The notes below the pieces were generated by a model. The model was not told the DNA's origin. It saw only the letters and a list, made by a program, of their open reading frames with translations, and ran no database searches. A program made the position numbers and the translations under genes. A stretch of DNA of 64,000 bases from a virus (taxonomy: Duplodnaviria > Caudoviricetes), in the IMG/VR virus record IMGVR_UViG_3300037247_001786, positions 256,001-320,000 of that record. One strand, given 5' to 3'. Below are positions 18,472 through 27,997 of this stretch, one piece after another (position 1 is the first letter of the stretch; the number at the start of each line of letters is the position of its first letter).

Positions 18472-19176
18472 ATGCGAAAGCTAAAAGTTACCCGATACAA
18501 ACAGAAACCAGGACATTGTGCGATTGCCGCTTGTGCGACAGTAGGGAATTCTCACAACCAAGGTATAGACTATGAACAATCTCAAGAAATAGCTAAAAAG
18601 AAAGTGGTGAAAAATATAGATGAAGGTTTGGATTCTGGCGAAATAGGAAGTCTTCTGAACCATTTAGGGTTTCAAAAAGTAACTGTAGTTACCACAAATT
18701 TACATATTTTTGACTATTCATGGAACAAATATAAAAAGAATCATCTTATTTCTACAATGAAAGAGATGGGGAAATTTTATAAAGGAGAATATCGAGAAGT
18801 TCTCAAATCCTTACGCAAATGGTTAGAATTGGAACAGTTCGATAATAACATAATCATAGATTATGATTTTAGCAAATATATAAGACAAACCTTAGATAAT
18901 AAGAACCCGCTTGTTTTATCATTTAATTGGACAATGTATTTTAAATATACCAAACAAGGAGAAACTAAGCTTGACTCGATTAAAGGAGAAATGGAAGAAC
19001 ACGCTGTTGTTGCTTACGGGTATAGTAAGAAAGGGGTATATATTTGCGACAGTCACCATGAATGCTATAAATATAAATTGAAAAGATATAGAAGTGGACT
19101 TTACGTTATTCCTTGGGAGCATCTTATGACGATAATGGGTTTGGGGGATTTATACATACCAGAATGCTATGAATAA
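18472..19176 (+). CDS. Peptidase C39-like (papain-fold) cysteine protease
   Basis: QKPGHC (Gln...Cys), EHAVVAYGY and YICDS give a Cys-His-Asp triad. Confidence 0.7.
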   Translation: MRKLKVTRYKQKPGHCAIAACATVGNSHNQGIDYEQSQEIAKKKVVKNIDEGLDSGEIGSLLNHLGFQKVTVVTTNLHIFDYSWNKYKKNHLISTMKEMGKFYKGEYREVLKSLRKWLELEQFDNNIIIDYDFSKYIRQTLDNKNPLVLSFNWTMYFKYTKQGETKLDSIKGEMEEHAVVAYGYSKKGVYICDSHHECYKYKLKRYRSGLYVIPWEHLMTIMGLGDLYIPECYE

Positions 19177-20335
19177 TAAAACAATAACAATTGATAAAAA
19201 ACTTTATGATAAATTAATTTCTAATGAAAAAGAAATTGAAAAAAGTTTACATCTTAACGAGACATTATTAGACGCTATTCCCCATCCTGCGATGCTTATT
19301 GATAAACATAGAATAGTTTTAGCGGCTAATGAAAAAGCTAGAGATATGGGAGCCCAAGTAGGAGGTCTTTGCTATGAAGGATTTTCTACATGTCGAGATA
19401 TCTGTAAAAGTCAAGGTAATTGCTGTTTCTGTAACAGAGAATTAGATATAGATCAGATGGACAGTAAGAATATAGAAATAGAAGCTTACGATAATGTTTG
19501 GGATACATGGTGGGTACCTGTTGATAAGAGTTCTTTTCTTCATTATTCTGTTGATATAACAAATATCCGTAGAGGTGAACAGATTTTAATCGAGTCGGCA
19601 AAAGAGTTAGAATCCAGCAATAAGGAGCTTGAGCAATTTGCATATATTGCTTCTCATGACTTACAAGAACCTCTTAGAGTTGTTTCTACCTATTGCCAAC
19701 TTATTGAAATACTAGCGGATAAGATTTATTTTCGATCTTTAAACAAACAAGAAAAAGAAGAACTTCATCAATATATAACATTTACTACAGACGCTACAAA
19801 TAGAATGCGTTTTTTAATAAAAGATTTATTAGAATTTTCGAGAGTGGGAATGTCTGATGATGATTATGAGATGATAGATATCAATGATGTAATTAAAAAT
19901 ACTATTAAAGATTTTGAGATAGCTATTCAGGATAATGATGCAATTATAGAACATGCATCGATGCCAACCATTATGGGTAAAAGAAGAAGAATAAGCCAAG
20001 TTTTTCATAATATCGTTAGCAATGCAATGAAATTTAAAAGTGATAGAGATGTAGTTATTTCCATTGGGGCAGAAGAGAGGAAAAACGACTGGCTATTTTC
20101 TATTTCAGATACTGGTATAGGTATCGTTGAAGATCAACAAGAGAGAGTCTTCGGTATTTTTAAGAGGCTTCATAGTAGGGAAGATTATCCCGGAACTGGT
20201 ATAGGGTTAGCTTTAGTTAAGAAGATAGTAGAAAATCATGGAGGAAAAGTGTGGATAGAATCGATTGTAGGAGAAGGCTCTACTTTCTATTTTACTATTC
20301 CTAAAAGTTGGGAAATGATAAAAACGATAAAATAA
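19169..20335 (+). CDS. PAS-domain sensor histidine kinase (bacteriophytochrome-type HisKA/HATPase)
   Basis: H-box ASHDLQEPLR, N-box NIVSNAMKF, DTGIGI, FKRLH and GTGIGLALVKKIVENHGG. Confidence 0.92.
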   Translation: MNNKTITIDKKLYDKLISNEKEIEKSLHLNETLLDAIPHPAMLIDKHRIVLAANEKARDMGAQVGGLCYEGFSTCRDICKSQGNCCFCNRELDIDQMDSKNIEIEAYDNVWDTWWVPVDKSSFLHYSVDITNIRRGEQILIESAKELESSNKELEQFAYIASHDLQEPLRVVSTYCQLIEILADKIYFRSLNKQEKEELHQYITFTTDATNRMRFLIKDLLEFSRVGMSDDDYEMIDINDVIKNTIKDFEIAIQDNDAIIEHASMPTIMGKRRRISQVFHNIVSNAMKFKSDRDVVISIGAEERKNDWLFSISDTGIGIVEDQQERVFGIFKRLHSREDYPGTGIGLALVKKIVENHGGKVWIESIVGEGSTFYFTIPKSWEMIKTIK

Positions 20336-20349
20336 TTATTTTGTTTGTA

Positions 20350-20373
20350 AAGTGATTTATTATTTAGTATATT
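20350..20373 (+). promoter_or_regulatory. Promoter motif AAGTGA-N12-TATATT
   Basis: Intergenic, upstream of the structured leader. Confidence 0.7.
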
Positions 20374-20412
20374 GATTAAAGTAATATTCGATTATATGTC
20401 GAGTATAAAGTG

Positions 20413-20465
20413 GGCAGTCGTAGAACTGCCAATAGAGAGGTAGCCGTAGATGCTACCATAGAGAG
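20413..20465 (+). promoter_or_regulatory. Tandem hairpins with identical CGUAGA loops in a 5' leader
   Basis: GGCAGT-CGTAGA-ACTGCC and GGTAGC-CGTAGAT-GCTACC, each followed by ATAGAGAG. Confidence 0.7.
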
Positions 20466-20496
20466 TAAAAGTTTAAAGTAAAAGGAGAGAATAACC

Positions 20497-21369
20497 ATGA
20501 GTTATGATCAAAAAATCGCGTCCGCACGGGCAACAATCAATTCTCACAACGAGAATATCGAAGCAGAAAATCAAATCAATTTCGACGAGTTCTTAAAATC
20601 ACTTCAAAAAGAAGGCGGGACTTCAGAAGCATCTTTATCTCAATGTAGTTGGGAGCTATTGCAGAAATTAAGTCTTCCTATTCTTATCGCTAAACAAGTT
20701 GGTAAGATATTTAGAGGTAAATCAGATGGAAAGAATAAAACAGTCTATGTATCTGAAAGAAAAGCTTCATGCATGACCCCAGTAGAGCTTCTTGAAAGAT
20801 ATATTCCTCAAGATATTGACAATGCTGTTGGAGAAAGACTTCAAAAAGTATCAAGAGGGCTACTTTGTATTGTCTTTAATGATGACGGTTCAGTTAATGT
20901 AGAAAAATCTGCTGAACTTATAAAAGACATACAAAATGATTTGCCGGAAATAGATAAGGTTTCAGTTGACGGTGTCCCAAAACAGGTTTTCCGAATTGGA
21001 GAAAGAACAGATAATTATGCTGATGAAAATCCAATTTATCCTGGTAGAGTATTGAGGTCAGGAGAGACTTGTGACCAAACTTTGCGTTCTTGGAAGGGAG
21101 TTGATATTACGATCAGACAGCTATTGCATTTGGCGGTAACAGAAACTGATGAGATTACTATTAGCTCTATTGAAGATGCTCATAATGTTTTAGACAAAGC
21201 TGTTGGTTCAAATGCTTTTAAGATAATTCAAAGTAGATATCCAGAATCTTCAATTCTTTGGCAGAAGCGTCTTAAAACAGGGAAACTTCCTATATTAAAA
21301 ATTGCATTAGGAACAAATAGTTCTAATAGTAAAAAGGATGATCCTTTCTACGCAAATAGAACTTACTAA
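20497..21369 (+). CDS. Hypothetical protein
   Basis: 290-aa ORF with AAGGAG RBS. Confidence 0.85.
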   Translation: MSYDQKIASARATINSHNENIEAENQINFDEFLKSLQKEGGTSEASLSQCSWELLQKLSLPILIAKQVGKIFRGKSDGKNKTVYVSERKASCMTPVELLERYIPQDIDNAVGERLQKVSRGLLCIVFNDDGSVNVEKSAELIKDIQNDLPEIDKVSVDGVPKQVFRIGERTDNYADENPIYPGRVLRSGETCDQTLRSWKGVDITIRQLLHLAVTETDEITISSIEDAHNVLDKAVGSNAFKIIQSRYPESSILWQKRLKTGKLPILKIALGTNSSNSKKDDPFYANRTY

Positions 21370-21376
21370 TCTTTTA

Positions 21377-21400
21377 AGGGGCAGCGATGCCCCTATTTTT
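21377..21400 (+). terminator. Terminator-like or processing hairpin
   Basis: AGGGGCA-GCGA-TGCCCCT followed by ATTTTT. Confidence 0.6.
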
Positions 21401-21418
21401 AATATAGGAGAAAATCAA

Positions 21419-22672
21419 ATGAGTACAAAAATGAACGTAAAAGAATTTATTTGCACTTTGCATATGCCAAATAAATTAGAACAGATAATTGTAAATGGCG
21501 AAGAAAGACCACATTCTCTACCTCCAGGAAATGCAAGAGAAGCTCATCCTGTTGATTCTTACCCTGCTTGCCCAGACAGTTGGATGAATGGGTCAGATAT
21601 CGCAAGTAGTTATTTCGTAGGAGTAGAAGAAGATAAGGGTATGTGGATGGATTTTAACGATTGTCATTTTCTAGATAGGGATGTTGCTGTAGTAATTAGT
21701 GTTCAGGGAATTAACCCTATTACTGGTCAAAAGACAGATACTTTAAGATTAGAGCAATATAAAGAAAAGTGTCCTATCCATGATGTTTCTTTTCAACAGG
21801 ATAATTATTGTCCTAAGTGTAAGTTTGACTGGCCAGATCAAAATTATTTAGCGACTACAGGAACTAATCATCCTTATTTCTGGTTAGATGGTTTCCGCAG
21901 ACCTGATGGAACTGTTAGACAATACATCTTTACTTCTGAAGAGTTAAAGGGGGTAGCTAGTCAGTTGATAGGAAAAGATAAAGTCTATGCTATAGGTATC
22001 GCTTTTTATTACAGTAAAGAGAAAAAACCTGTTAGACAGAAACCTATCTCCTCTAGATCAGTTTGTATGGATTTTGACAATGATTTTATTCATAAATATA
22101 CTCCGCATACTTATGGACCTACTTCTATTGATTGGGACTCTACGAATGTTCCAGATATGATAATAGGAGGAGATACTTCTTGGCAAACAGATTTAGATTT
22201 TCAATCTGAGACATTGTCTGGGAAGGGGGGGTTAACTTGTGGGAAGATATCAGCTCAAAACCATGAGCCTAAAATAGGATGCAATGCTTTTAAATCTCTT
22301 GGACCGACAACAAAAGAGGGAATATTTCTTCCTGACCAATCTTCTTCAAAGGCTGGGTTATGTTCGCCGAACCTTATAGGCAGAAAACCTGGGGGCGTTG
22401 TCAAAGCTAAAAAATCTAAAACTTATAAGGTAAATAGCATGTCTATACCTATTGAAAAGGTTAAGGCTGTTAAAAAACTTGAGGTTGGTGCAGGGGCTTT
22501 AATAAGTCAAAAAATTAATAGAGATCCTGAGAAGATGGAATATTGGGAAGAAGAGCCTGCTGGCATGATTTATATTAATTACTGCGATGTAGAAACTTCT
22601 TCGAAGATAGTTGAAGCTGGAAAGATAGAAAAGCAGTCTGAAGGCTTTATGAAAGATATAACTGTAGGTTAA
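21419..22672 (+). CDS. Hypothetical protein (WLDG...RQ family, internal CPxH...CxxC)
   Basis: AGGAG RBS before ATG 21419; GINPITG, QNY and FWLDGF...VRQ motifs. Confidence 0.8.
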   Translation: MSTKMNVKEFICTLHMPNKLEQIIVNGEERPHSLPPGNAREAHPVDSYPACPDSWMNGSDIASSYFVGVEEDKGMWMDFNDCHFLDRDVAVVISVQGINPITGQKTDTLRLEQYKEKCPIHDVSFQQDNYCPKCKFDWPDQNYLATTGTNHPYFWLDGFRRPDGTVRQYIFTSEELKGVASQLIGKDKVYAIGIAFYYSKEKKPVRQKPISSRSVCMDFDNDFIHKYTPHTYGPTSIDWDSTNVPDMIIGGDTSWQTDLDFQSETLSGKGGLTCGKISAQNHEPKIGCNAFKSLGPTTKEGIFLPDQSSSKAGLCSPNLIGRKPGGVVKAKKSKTYKVNSMSIPIEKVKAVKKLEVGAGALISQKINRDPEKMEYWEEEPAGMIYINYCDVETSSKIVEAGKIEKQSEGFMKDITVG

Positions 22673-22679
22673 ATTTTAT

Positions 22680-22711
22680 AAAAGAGGATCTATTAACGTA
22701 GGTTCTCTTTT
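22680..22711. terminator. Bidirectional intrinsic terminator
   Basis: AAAAGAGGATCTA-TTAACG-TAGGTTCTCTTTT between convergent genes. Confidence 0.75.
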
Positions 22712-23123
22712 ATTTTTTTCTTTTTTTGAAGTTTAACGAATAAGTAGCATAATTGATTGATCTGGAAAGTTCTTTTTTATTTTCGATTACTTCTCCTTTA
22801 ATTAAGAAATCTCTTATTCCGTGTTTAAAGGCTTCCGTTCCAATAATATGATCTTCTAATCCAGTTAATATAATTATGGGTGTTTTTATTTTATTGTTTT
22901 TAAGTTCTTCTGTCATTAAGGTTATTGTTTGAATACCTTCACTTTCTGGCAATCCTAAATCTAATAAAATAAGATCAAATTCTTTTTCTTTTAATTTCTG
23001 GAAAGCTTTAGATAAGCTACCGCACTCTTCTATTTGCAAATTTTCAAATAAATCATATTCTTCAATATATTTTTTATAAATTTTTCTATCTGCTGGGTTG
23101 TCGTCAATAATTAATATCTTCAT
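22710..23123 (-). CDS. Single-domain response regulator (CheY-like receiver)
   Basis: ILIIDDN, ILLDLGLP (phospho-Asp), IIILTG and DFLIK. Confidence 0.9.
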   Translation of the reverse strand: MKILIIDDNPADRKIYKKYIEEYDLFENLQIEECGSLSKAFQKLKEKEFDLILLDLGLPESEGIQTITLMTEELKNNKIKTPIIILTGLEDHIIGTEAFKHGIRDFLIKGEVIENKKELSRSINYATYSLNFKKRKK

Positions 23124-23145
23124 TTTTTTCCTCTCTGATTCTACA

Positions 23146-23613
23146 TTATTTTATATTTGGCATTTTTGTTGATTTTATCCAAAAGTCGCTGAAAACTTTT
23201 ATTTTCTCGAATAATTCTTCTACATCAAATGTTTTTGTGATATAGGAATTGGCATATAATGAATATGAGGTATTAATATCACCAATATCATCTGATGTAC
23301 TATATATTATTATCGGAATAAGTTTGTATGTTTCATCTGTCTTCAAGCACTCTAAAACTTCAAATCCATTTTTTACTGGAAGATTAAGATCTAGAACTAT
23401 TATATTAGGTGTTTTAACATCGTTGAAGTCGCCCTGTTTGAAGATATAATCTATTCCTTCTTGTCCATCTTTGACATGGAATATCTCCATGTTTTCGATA
23501 TTGGCATTATCAAGTGCTTTTTTAAGAAGTACAAAATCAGGTTTACTGTCTTCTATTACTAGAATTTTAAAAGTGTTATTCATGAGGGAACCTTTATTTA
23601 AAAAATAATTCAT
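23146..23613 (-). CDS. Single-domain response regulator, Rcp1-like
   Basis: ILVIEDS, IVLDLNLP.KNGFEVL, IPIIIYSTS and ANSYITK; alternative start at 23583. Confidence 0.9.
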   Translation of the reverse strand: MNYFLNKGSLMNNTFKILVIEDSKPDFVLLKKALDNANIENMEIFHVKDGQEGIDYIFKQGDFNDVKTPNIIVLDLNLPVKNGFEVLECLKTDETYKLIPIIIYSTSDDIGDINTSYSLYANSYITKTFDVEELFEKIKVFSDFWIKSTKMPNIK

Positions 23614-23659
23614 ATTATTATCTTCTGTAATACACTAAGATATCTTCTATTTTTTTGTA

Positions 23660-23683
23660 AAGTGAAATGTTATAATATACAAT
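23660..23683 (+). promoter_or_regulatory. Promoter motif AAGTGA-N12-TACAAT
   Basis: Upstream of thyA. Confidence 0.75.
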
Positions 23684-23717
23684 TATTGCAAAGTACTTAA
23701 ATATAGGAGAGATAGTA

Positions 23718-24656
23718 ATGAGAGGAAATATACCAACGATTAATATATGCGGAAGAAGTTTACCTGAAGCATGGGAAAAAGCAGTAATAGCAGTTTGGGA
23801 TAAGGGTCTTGACATTAAAACGCAATATGACAAACCAGAAGATCCCCCAAGTAAAGATGCTACTGTTATGATTACAGTAGAAGACCCGTTTGCCGAACCA
23901 AGAATTCATAAGAATTTCCCAGGTGGACCAGAAGAACTCGAATCATATAATCAAGAAGTTCTAGACGGTATTCACAATCATTGGATTGATCCAGAGAACG
24001 GCAAATGGACATATACTTATAATGAGAGATTATATAAGTATACTCCCACAGAGGATTTGAATAATTCTAAATCTCCGAGACCTTTCGAGATTGTTGATCA
24101 AATTCAATATATTATTGACAATTTAGCTAATAGTAATTACAGTAGACGGGCACAGGGTATCACCTGGCAACCAACTTGTGACCCGAAGACATATGACCCC
24201 CCTTGCCTTCAAAGGATCTGGTGCCGTATGCCAGAGGATGAGGATGGGGTTCTCGTATTGAATATGAATTCTCATTGGAGAAGCAGAGATCTTTTTAGAG
24301 CGTGGTTTATGAATGTATACGCTATAACTAATCTTCAAAAAAGAATAGCAGATGCTATATCTGAAAAAATTGGAAGAGAAGTAAAAGTTGGAAGATATGT
24401 CGATATCAGTGATTCTCTTCATCTTTACGGTAGTTATCTTAATGATATCGAACCAGAGATAAAGAAGATGAAAGAAAAACCTATGTTTACTGAAAAATCT
24501 TCTAATAGATACACTGAAGATTATTTGCAAGAGATTAAAAAGAATATAGAACAGAGAACCTATCTAACAACTAGTCCAGCATTCGAAATAATGACAGAAG
24601 AGGCAAGAGAAAATCTTAAAAGGAACCCTGATTTTTATGCAAAGCCAAATGGATAA
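23718..24656 (+). CDS. thyA: Thymidylate synthase (ThyA family)
   Basis: SRRAQ, PPCLQ catalytic Cys, WRSRD, MN (Asn, dUMP-type) and SLHLY. Confidence 0.85.
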   Translation: MRGNIPTINICGRSLPEAWEKAVIAVWDKGLDIKTQYDKPEDPPSKDATVMITVEDPFAEPRIHKNFPGGPEELESYNQEVLDGIHNHWIDPENGKWTYTYNERLYKYTPTEDLNNSKSPRPFEIVDQIQYIIDNLANSNYSRRAQGITWQPTCDPKTYDPPCLQRIWCRMPEDEDGVLVLNMNSHWRSRDLFRAWFMNVYAITNLQKRIADAISEKIGREVKVGRYVDISDSLHLYGSYLNDIEPEIKKMKEKPMFTEKSSNRYTEDYLQEIKKNIEQRTYLTTSPAFEIMTEEARENLKRNPDFYAKPNG

Positions 24657-25083
24657 AAAAACACTTTTTGATATTATAGATTTAGAAGATGGCGATTCTT
24701 CTGTTTTGTTGGCTCAGGTTAAAATGAAGAAAGACTCTTCCAGTGCTAAATATGGTAGATTATATTTTTGTCGGCGTAAATTATCAGAGTATAATGCTAA
24801 ATATAACAGCATTTGTCCATGGTGTAAAGAGAAAAAAGATTTTTTGAGATTATCACTTGACCACGACAAGTTAATGTGTTATAATTGTTTCTATGAAGGT
24901 ATGCAAGCAGATGCAGAGCTTTCTTCCTATCATGGTATTTCAGTTGAAGATGTTGAAGGGTTTATGTATGATGACGAATGGGAAGAACTCTGGGAAAAAG
25001 AAAATCCCCATATGATATTGAATGAAGAAGATGATAAATATTATGACATTAGAAAAAAGGTAGCGACGAAAAATGAATCTTAA
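24649..25083 (+). CDS. Hypothetical protein with CxxC pairs
   Basis: CPWC...CYNC; overlaps the thyA stop. Confidence 0.65.
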   Translation: MDKKTLFDIIDLEDGDSSVLLAQVKMKKDSSSAKYGRLYFCRRKLSEYNAKYNSICPWCKEKKDFLRLSLDHDKLMCYNCFYEGMQADAELSSYHGISVEDVEGFMYDDEWEELWEKENPHMILNEEDDKYYDIRKKVATKNES

Positions 25084-25366
25084 AGATTATATAGATAATG
25101 ATTTACCTTTAGCTGGATATCCTAATTTTAGAACGGGGCAGCTTAAGCGTTTTTATCCCCGCAAACCTCGTAGTTGTCATAATTGTGAATTTGTAATGAT
25201 AGATGAATTTAGTTTAGAAAAAGAGGGATGCAGTACAGGATTTAATACTAAAATAGATGGTGAGAAAATGAAGCCATTAGAAAAATGTTATCCTGTTAAA
25301 GATAATAATACGATGTCTGATTTGCACGCAGATGCTGTGGGTATAAAAATTGAAGAATTGAGATAA
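25073..25366 (+). CDS. Hypothetical protein
   Basis: Tight packing. Confidence 0.6.
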   Translation: MNLKDYIDNDLPLAGYPNFRTGQLKRFYPRKPRSCHNCEFVMIDEFSLEKEGCSTGFNTKIDGEKMKPLEKCYPVKDNNTMSDLHADAVGIKIEELR

Positions 25367-25376
25367 AGGAGTAAAA

Positions 25377-25574
25377 ATGGCTATTGCTAAAACAAGATTG
25401 CATATTATCTGTGGCATATGTGGCAGTAATGAATATCTTAAATTCGAAATTAATTTAACAGGAAACTGCGATAATAACGGGGATGAATTTCCTGCGGTGT
25501 TTATCACTTGTGGGAACTGCTCGTCATTAACAGATCTTTCTGAAGTTATTGATGAAGAGAAAGAAAGTTTATAG
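25377..25574 (+). CDS. Small zinc-ribbon protein
   Basis: CGIC...CGNC; AAGGAG RBS. Confidence 0.7.
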   Translation: MAIAKTRLHIICGICGSNEYLKFEINLTGNCDNNGDEFPAVFITCGNCSSLTDLSEVIDEEKESL

Positions 25575-25585
25575 AGAGAAACAAA

Positions 25586-26620
25586 ATGAATTGGGCAAGA
25601 AAACAATTTAGAGAAGCAGTTTTTGACAGAGATGAGTATCGGTGCGTCATATGCGGGGAGACTGATGACTTAGCGGCTCATCATATAATTGAAAGAAGGC
25701 TCTGGGGGGAATCTCAAGGTTACTTTGGCGATAATGGAGTTACTCTCTGTCAGGAGCATCATATCAAAGCAGAGCAGACGGTGCTGTCTTGTGATGAACT
25801 TCGAGAGGCTGTTGGTATTAAGAGTATAATGTTACCAGAACATTTGTATGAAGAGTATGTCTATACTAAATGGGGGGACATTATACTGCCAGATGGAAGG
25901 CGACTCAAAGGAGAATTGTTCTTTGATGAGTCAGTTCAAAAAATATTAAAAAGCGGTAATATGCTTGATAGTTATTGTAAATATGTCAAATATCCCAGAA
26001 CAATGCATTTGCCGTGGAGTGGCAAGACAACAGATGATGATAGAATGCTAACAAGTACAAAACATTTTACAGGAAAAGAAGTTGTTGTGACGATAAAATT
26101 AGACGGGGAAAACTCTTCTTTATATAAAGGTTATTTTCATGCTCGTTCTATAGATGGAAATTCTCATCCTTCTCAAAGTTTTGTTAAGAATCTTCATTCT
26201 CAAATATCTTATGATATTCCAGAAGATTGGCGTATCTGTGGAGAAAACTTATATGCGAAACATAGTATAAAATATGATCATTTAAAATCTTATTTTTTGG
26301 TATTTTCAATATGGAATGAGAGAAATGAATGCTTGAGTTGGGACGATACCTTGTTATGGGCTGAGTTGTTGGGGTTAGAAACTGTTCCTGTTATTTATGA
26401 AGGGAAATGGGATGAATCGAAGATAAAATCTTTGGCAACTATGACAGATCATCAAGGTGACCCAGTAGAGGGATATGTTGTTAGATTGAGAGACTCGTTT
26501 GATTACGGTTCTTTTAAAGCATCGATAGCTAAATATGTTTCTAAAGAATTTAGAGAAGGTTTGAAACATGAGTATAATTGGAGATATAAACCTTTCGAAG
26601 TTAATAAGGTGGAAAAGTGA
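25586..26620 (+). CDS. HNH domain fused to an Rnl2-family RNA ligase
   Basis: CVICG...AHH...NGVTLC..HH, then KYPRTMHLPWS, KLDGEN (motif I), CGENL, EGYVVR and AKYV. Confidence 0.88.
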   Translation: MNWARKQFREAVFDRDEYRCVICGETDDLAAHHIIERRLWGESQGYFGDNGVTLCQEHHIKAEQTVLSCDELREAVGIKSIMLPEHLYEEYVYTKWGDIILPDGRRLKGELFFDESVQKILKSGNMLDSYCKYVKYPRTMHLPWSGKTTDDDRMLTSTKHFTGKEVVVTIKLDGENSSLYKGYFHARSIDGNSHPSQSFVKNLHSQISYDIPEDWRICGENLYAKHSIKYDHLKSYFLVFSIWNERNECLSWDDTLLWAELLGLETVPVIYEGKWDESKIKSLATMTDHQGDPVEGYVVRLRDSFDYGSFKASIAKYVSKEFREGLKHEYNWRYKPFEVNKVEK

Positions 26621-26874
26621 TTAGAGCTATAGTATCATTGACGTTGGTTTATCCTTATGTTCAATCAATTATGAATTTATTTGATTTTATAAGTTTATGG
26701 GGATGCAATTTAGTATCTGCTAAAACGATAAGTAATGTGGCTGTAATTTCTATTCCAGCAGATAAATTTAAAATGCTATTTGGAGAAAACCCCCGAAAAG
26801 GTAAATATAAAATACCAACTGGTTCGGAATATTTTTTAGTAACGGCAGAAGTTAAGGAAGTAATGACAAAATGA
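26617..26874 (+). CDS. Hypothetical protein
   Basis: GTG start overlapping the upstream stop. Confidence 0.55.
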   Translation: MIRAIVSLTLVYPYVQSIMNLFDFISLWGCNLVSAKTISNVAVISIPADKFKMLFGENPRKGKYKIPTGSEYFLVTAEVKEVMTK

Positions 26875-27785
26875 GCAAACAAACAACTTACATCTTAATT
26901 GGATTACCTGGTAGCGGAAAATCTACTTGGGCTATCAATCACGTGAATAGCGAAACAAGAGTGAAGACGGAGCCTAATTTGAATGGATGTGTTATTATTA
27001 GTAGAGATACTATTCGCCATATGTTGAACGGAAATTATGCTTATATTGAAGACCAACAAGAGCTAATCACCGAGATCGCAGCATCCGCCGCATCCGCTGC
27101 CCTCAAAGAGGGTAAAGATATTATGGTTGATCAACTTAATATCAATAAAGAAGACAGAAAAGAAGTAACCGATTTTATTATCAAACATTTTGAGAGTAGA
27201 GATGAAGTAAATATAATATTTATTCATTTTACAGAAGAACAAAACAATGTTGAAAGAAGGATGAGAGGTGATTGTAGAGGAGAGTATGGAACTTATCATC
27301 AAAGAGTTATTAATAAATCAAAAAAGAAATATGAAGAAGTTGATGAGTCGGAAAATTACGATGTATTTATGCAGATAGATGGTCAAGGAGTTGTCTCTCA
27401 CTGGAGAGTTAATTGCAATGTTGAAGATACAAGTATCTCTAATTCTTTTTCTAGAAAAGAAATAAGAAATTTAAGTTGGAGTATTGCCGAATTTATATAT
27501 CCTCGACTTAAAGCTTTTAAAGAAGAGATTTGTGGTTATCCATCACATTTAGATTATAAAAATGGAAAGTTAAGGCATAGTCGTCGTCACGGACCACTTG
27601 CAAATAGGGCAACACCTAAACTTTGGGAAGAAATTATAGATAAGATGATACTTGCTTTCGAGTTATGGCTATCATGTGATGACTGGAAAGATGAGGTAAA
27701 CAGTAAAGAGTACAATAAAAAATGGGCAAAAATAGATGAGGGATTCGGCTTGTTCCGTAAATATTTTAATGGATTGTGGATCTAA
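26871..27785 (+). CDS. AAA_33/polynucleotide-kinase-like P-loop kinase fused to a C-terminal phage domain
   Basis: GLPGSGKST, ISRDTIR and VDQLN; C-terminal YPRLKAF...WEEIIDKMILAFE. Confidence 0.8.
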   Translation: MSKQTTYILIGLPGSGKSTWAINHVNSETRVKTEPNLNGCVIISRDTIRHMLNGNYAYIEDQQELITEIAASAASAALKEGKDIMVDQLNINKEDRKEVTDFIIKHFESRDEVNIIFIHFTEEQNNVERRMRGDCRGEYGTYHQRVINKSKKKYEEVDESENYDVFMQIDGQGVVSHWRVNCNVEDTSISNSFSRKEIRNLSWSIAEFIYPRLKAFKEEICGYPSHLDYKNGKLRHSRRHGPLANRATPKLWEEIIDKMILAFELWLSCDDWKDEVNSKEYNKKWAKIDEGFGLFRKYFNGLWI

Positions 27786-27786
27786 T

Positions 27787-27996
27787 ATGAAATGTGATAC
27801 TTGTAAGAATAATATTTTTCATCCAGCGGATACATGGCAGGCGGTTGCTGAAGGCGGCTCTGATCCTTATGCCTATTATTATTGTAGTAAAAATCATTGG
27901 GACTCTGATCCTGGATGTTTAGGTTTAGACTTTGATTATGTTGATGACGAAGACCCTTGGGAAGATTGTAAAGATTATAAAGAGAAAGGTAAGTAA
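27787..27996 (+). CDS. Small Cys-containing hypothetical protein
   Basis: MKCDTCKN start follows the upstream stop. Confidence 0.6.
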   Translation: MKCDTCKNNIFHPADTWQAVAEGGSDPYAYYYCSKNHWDSDPGCLGLDFDYVDDEDPWEDCKDYKEKGK

Positions 27997-27997
27997 A

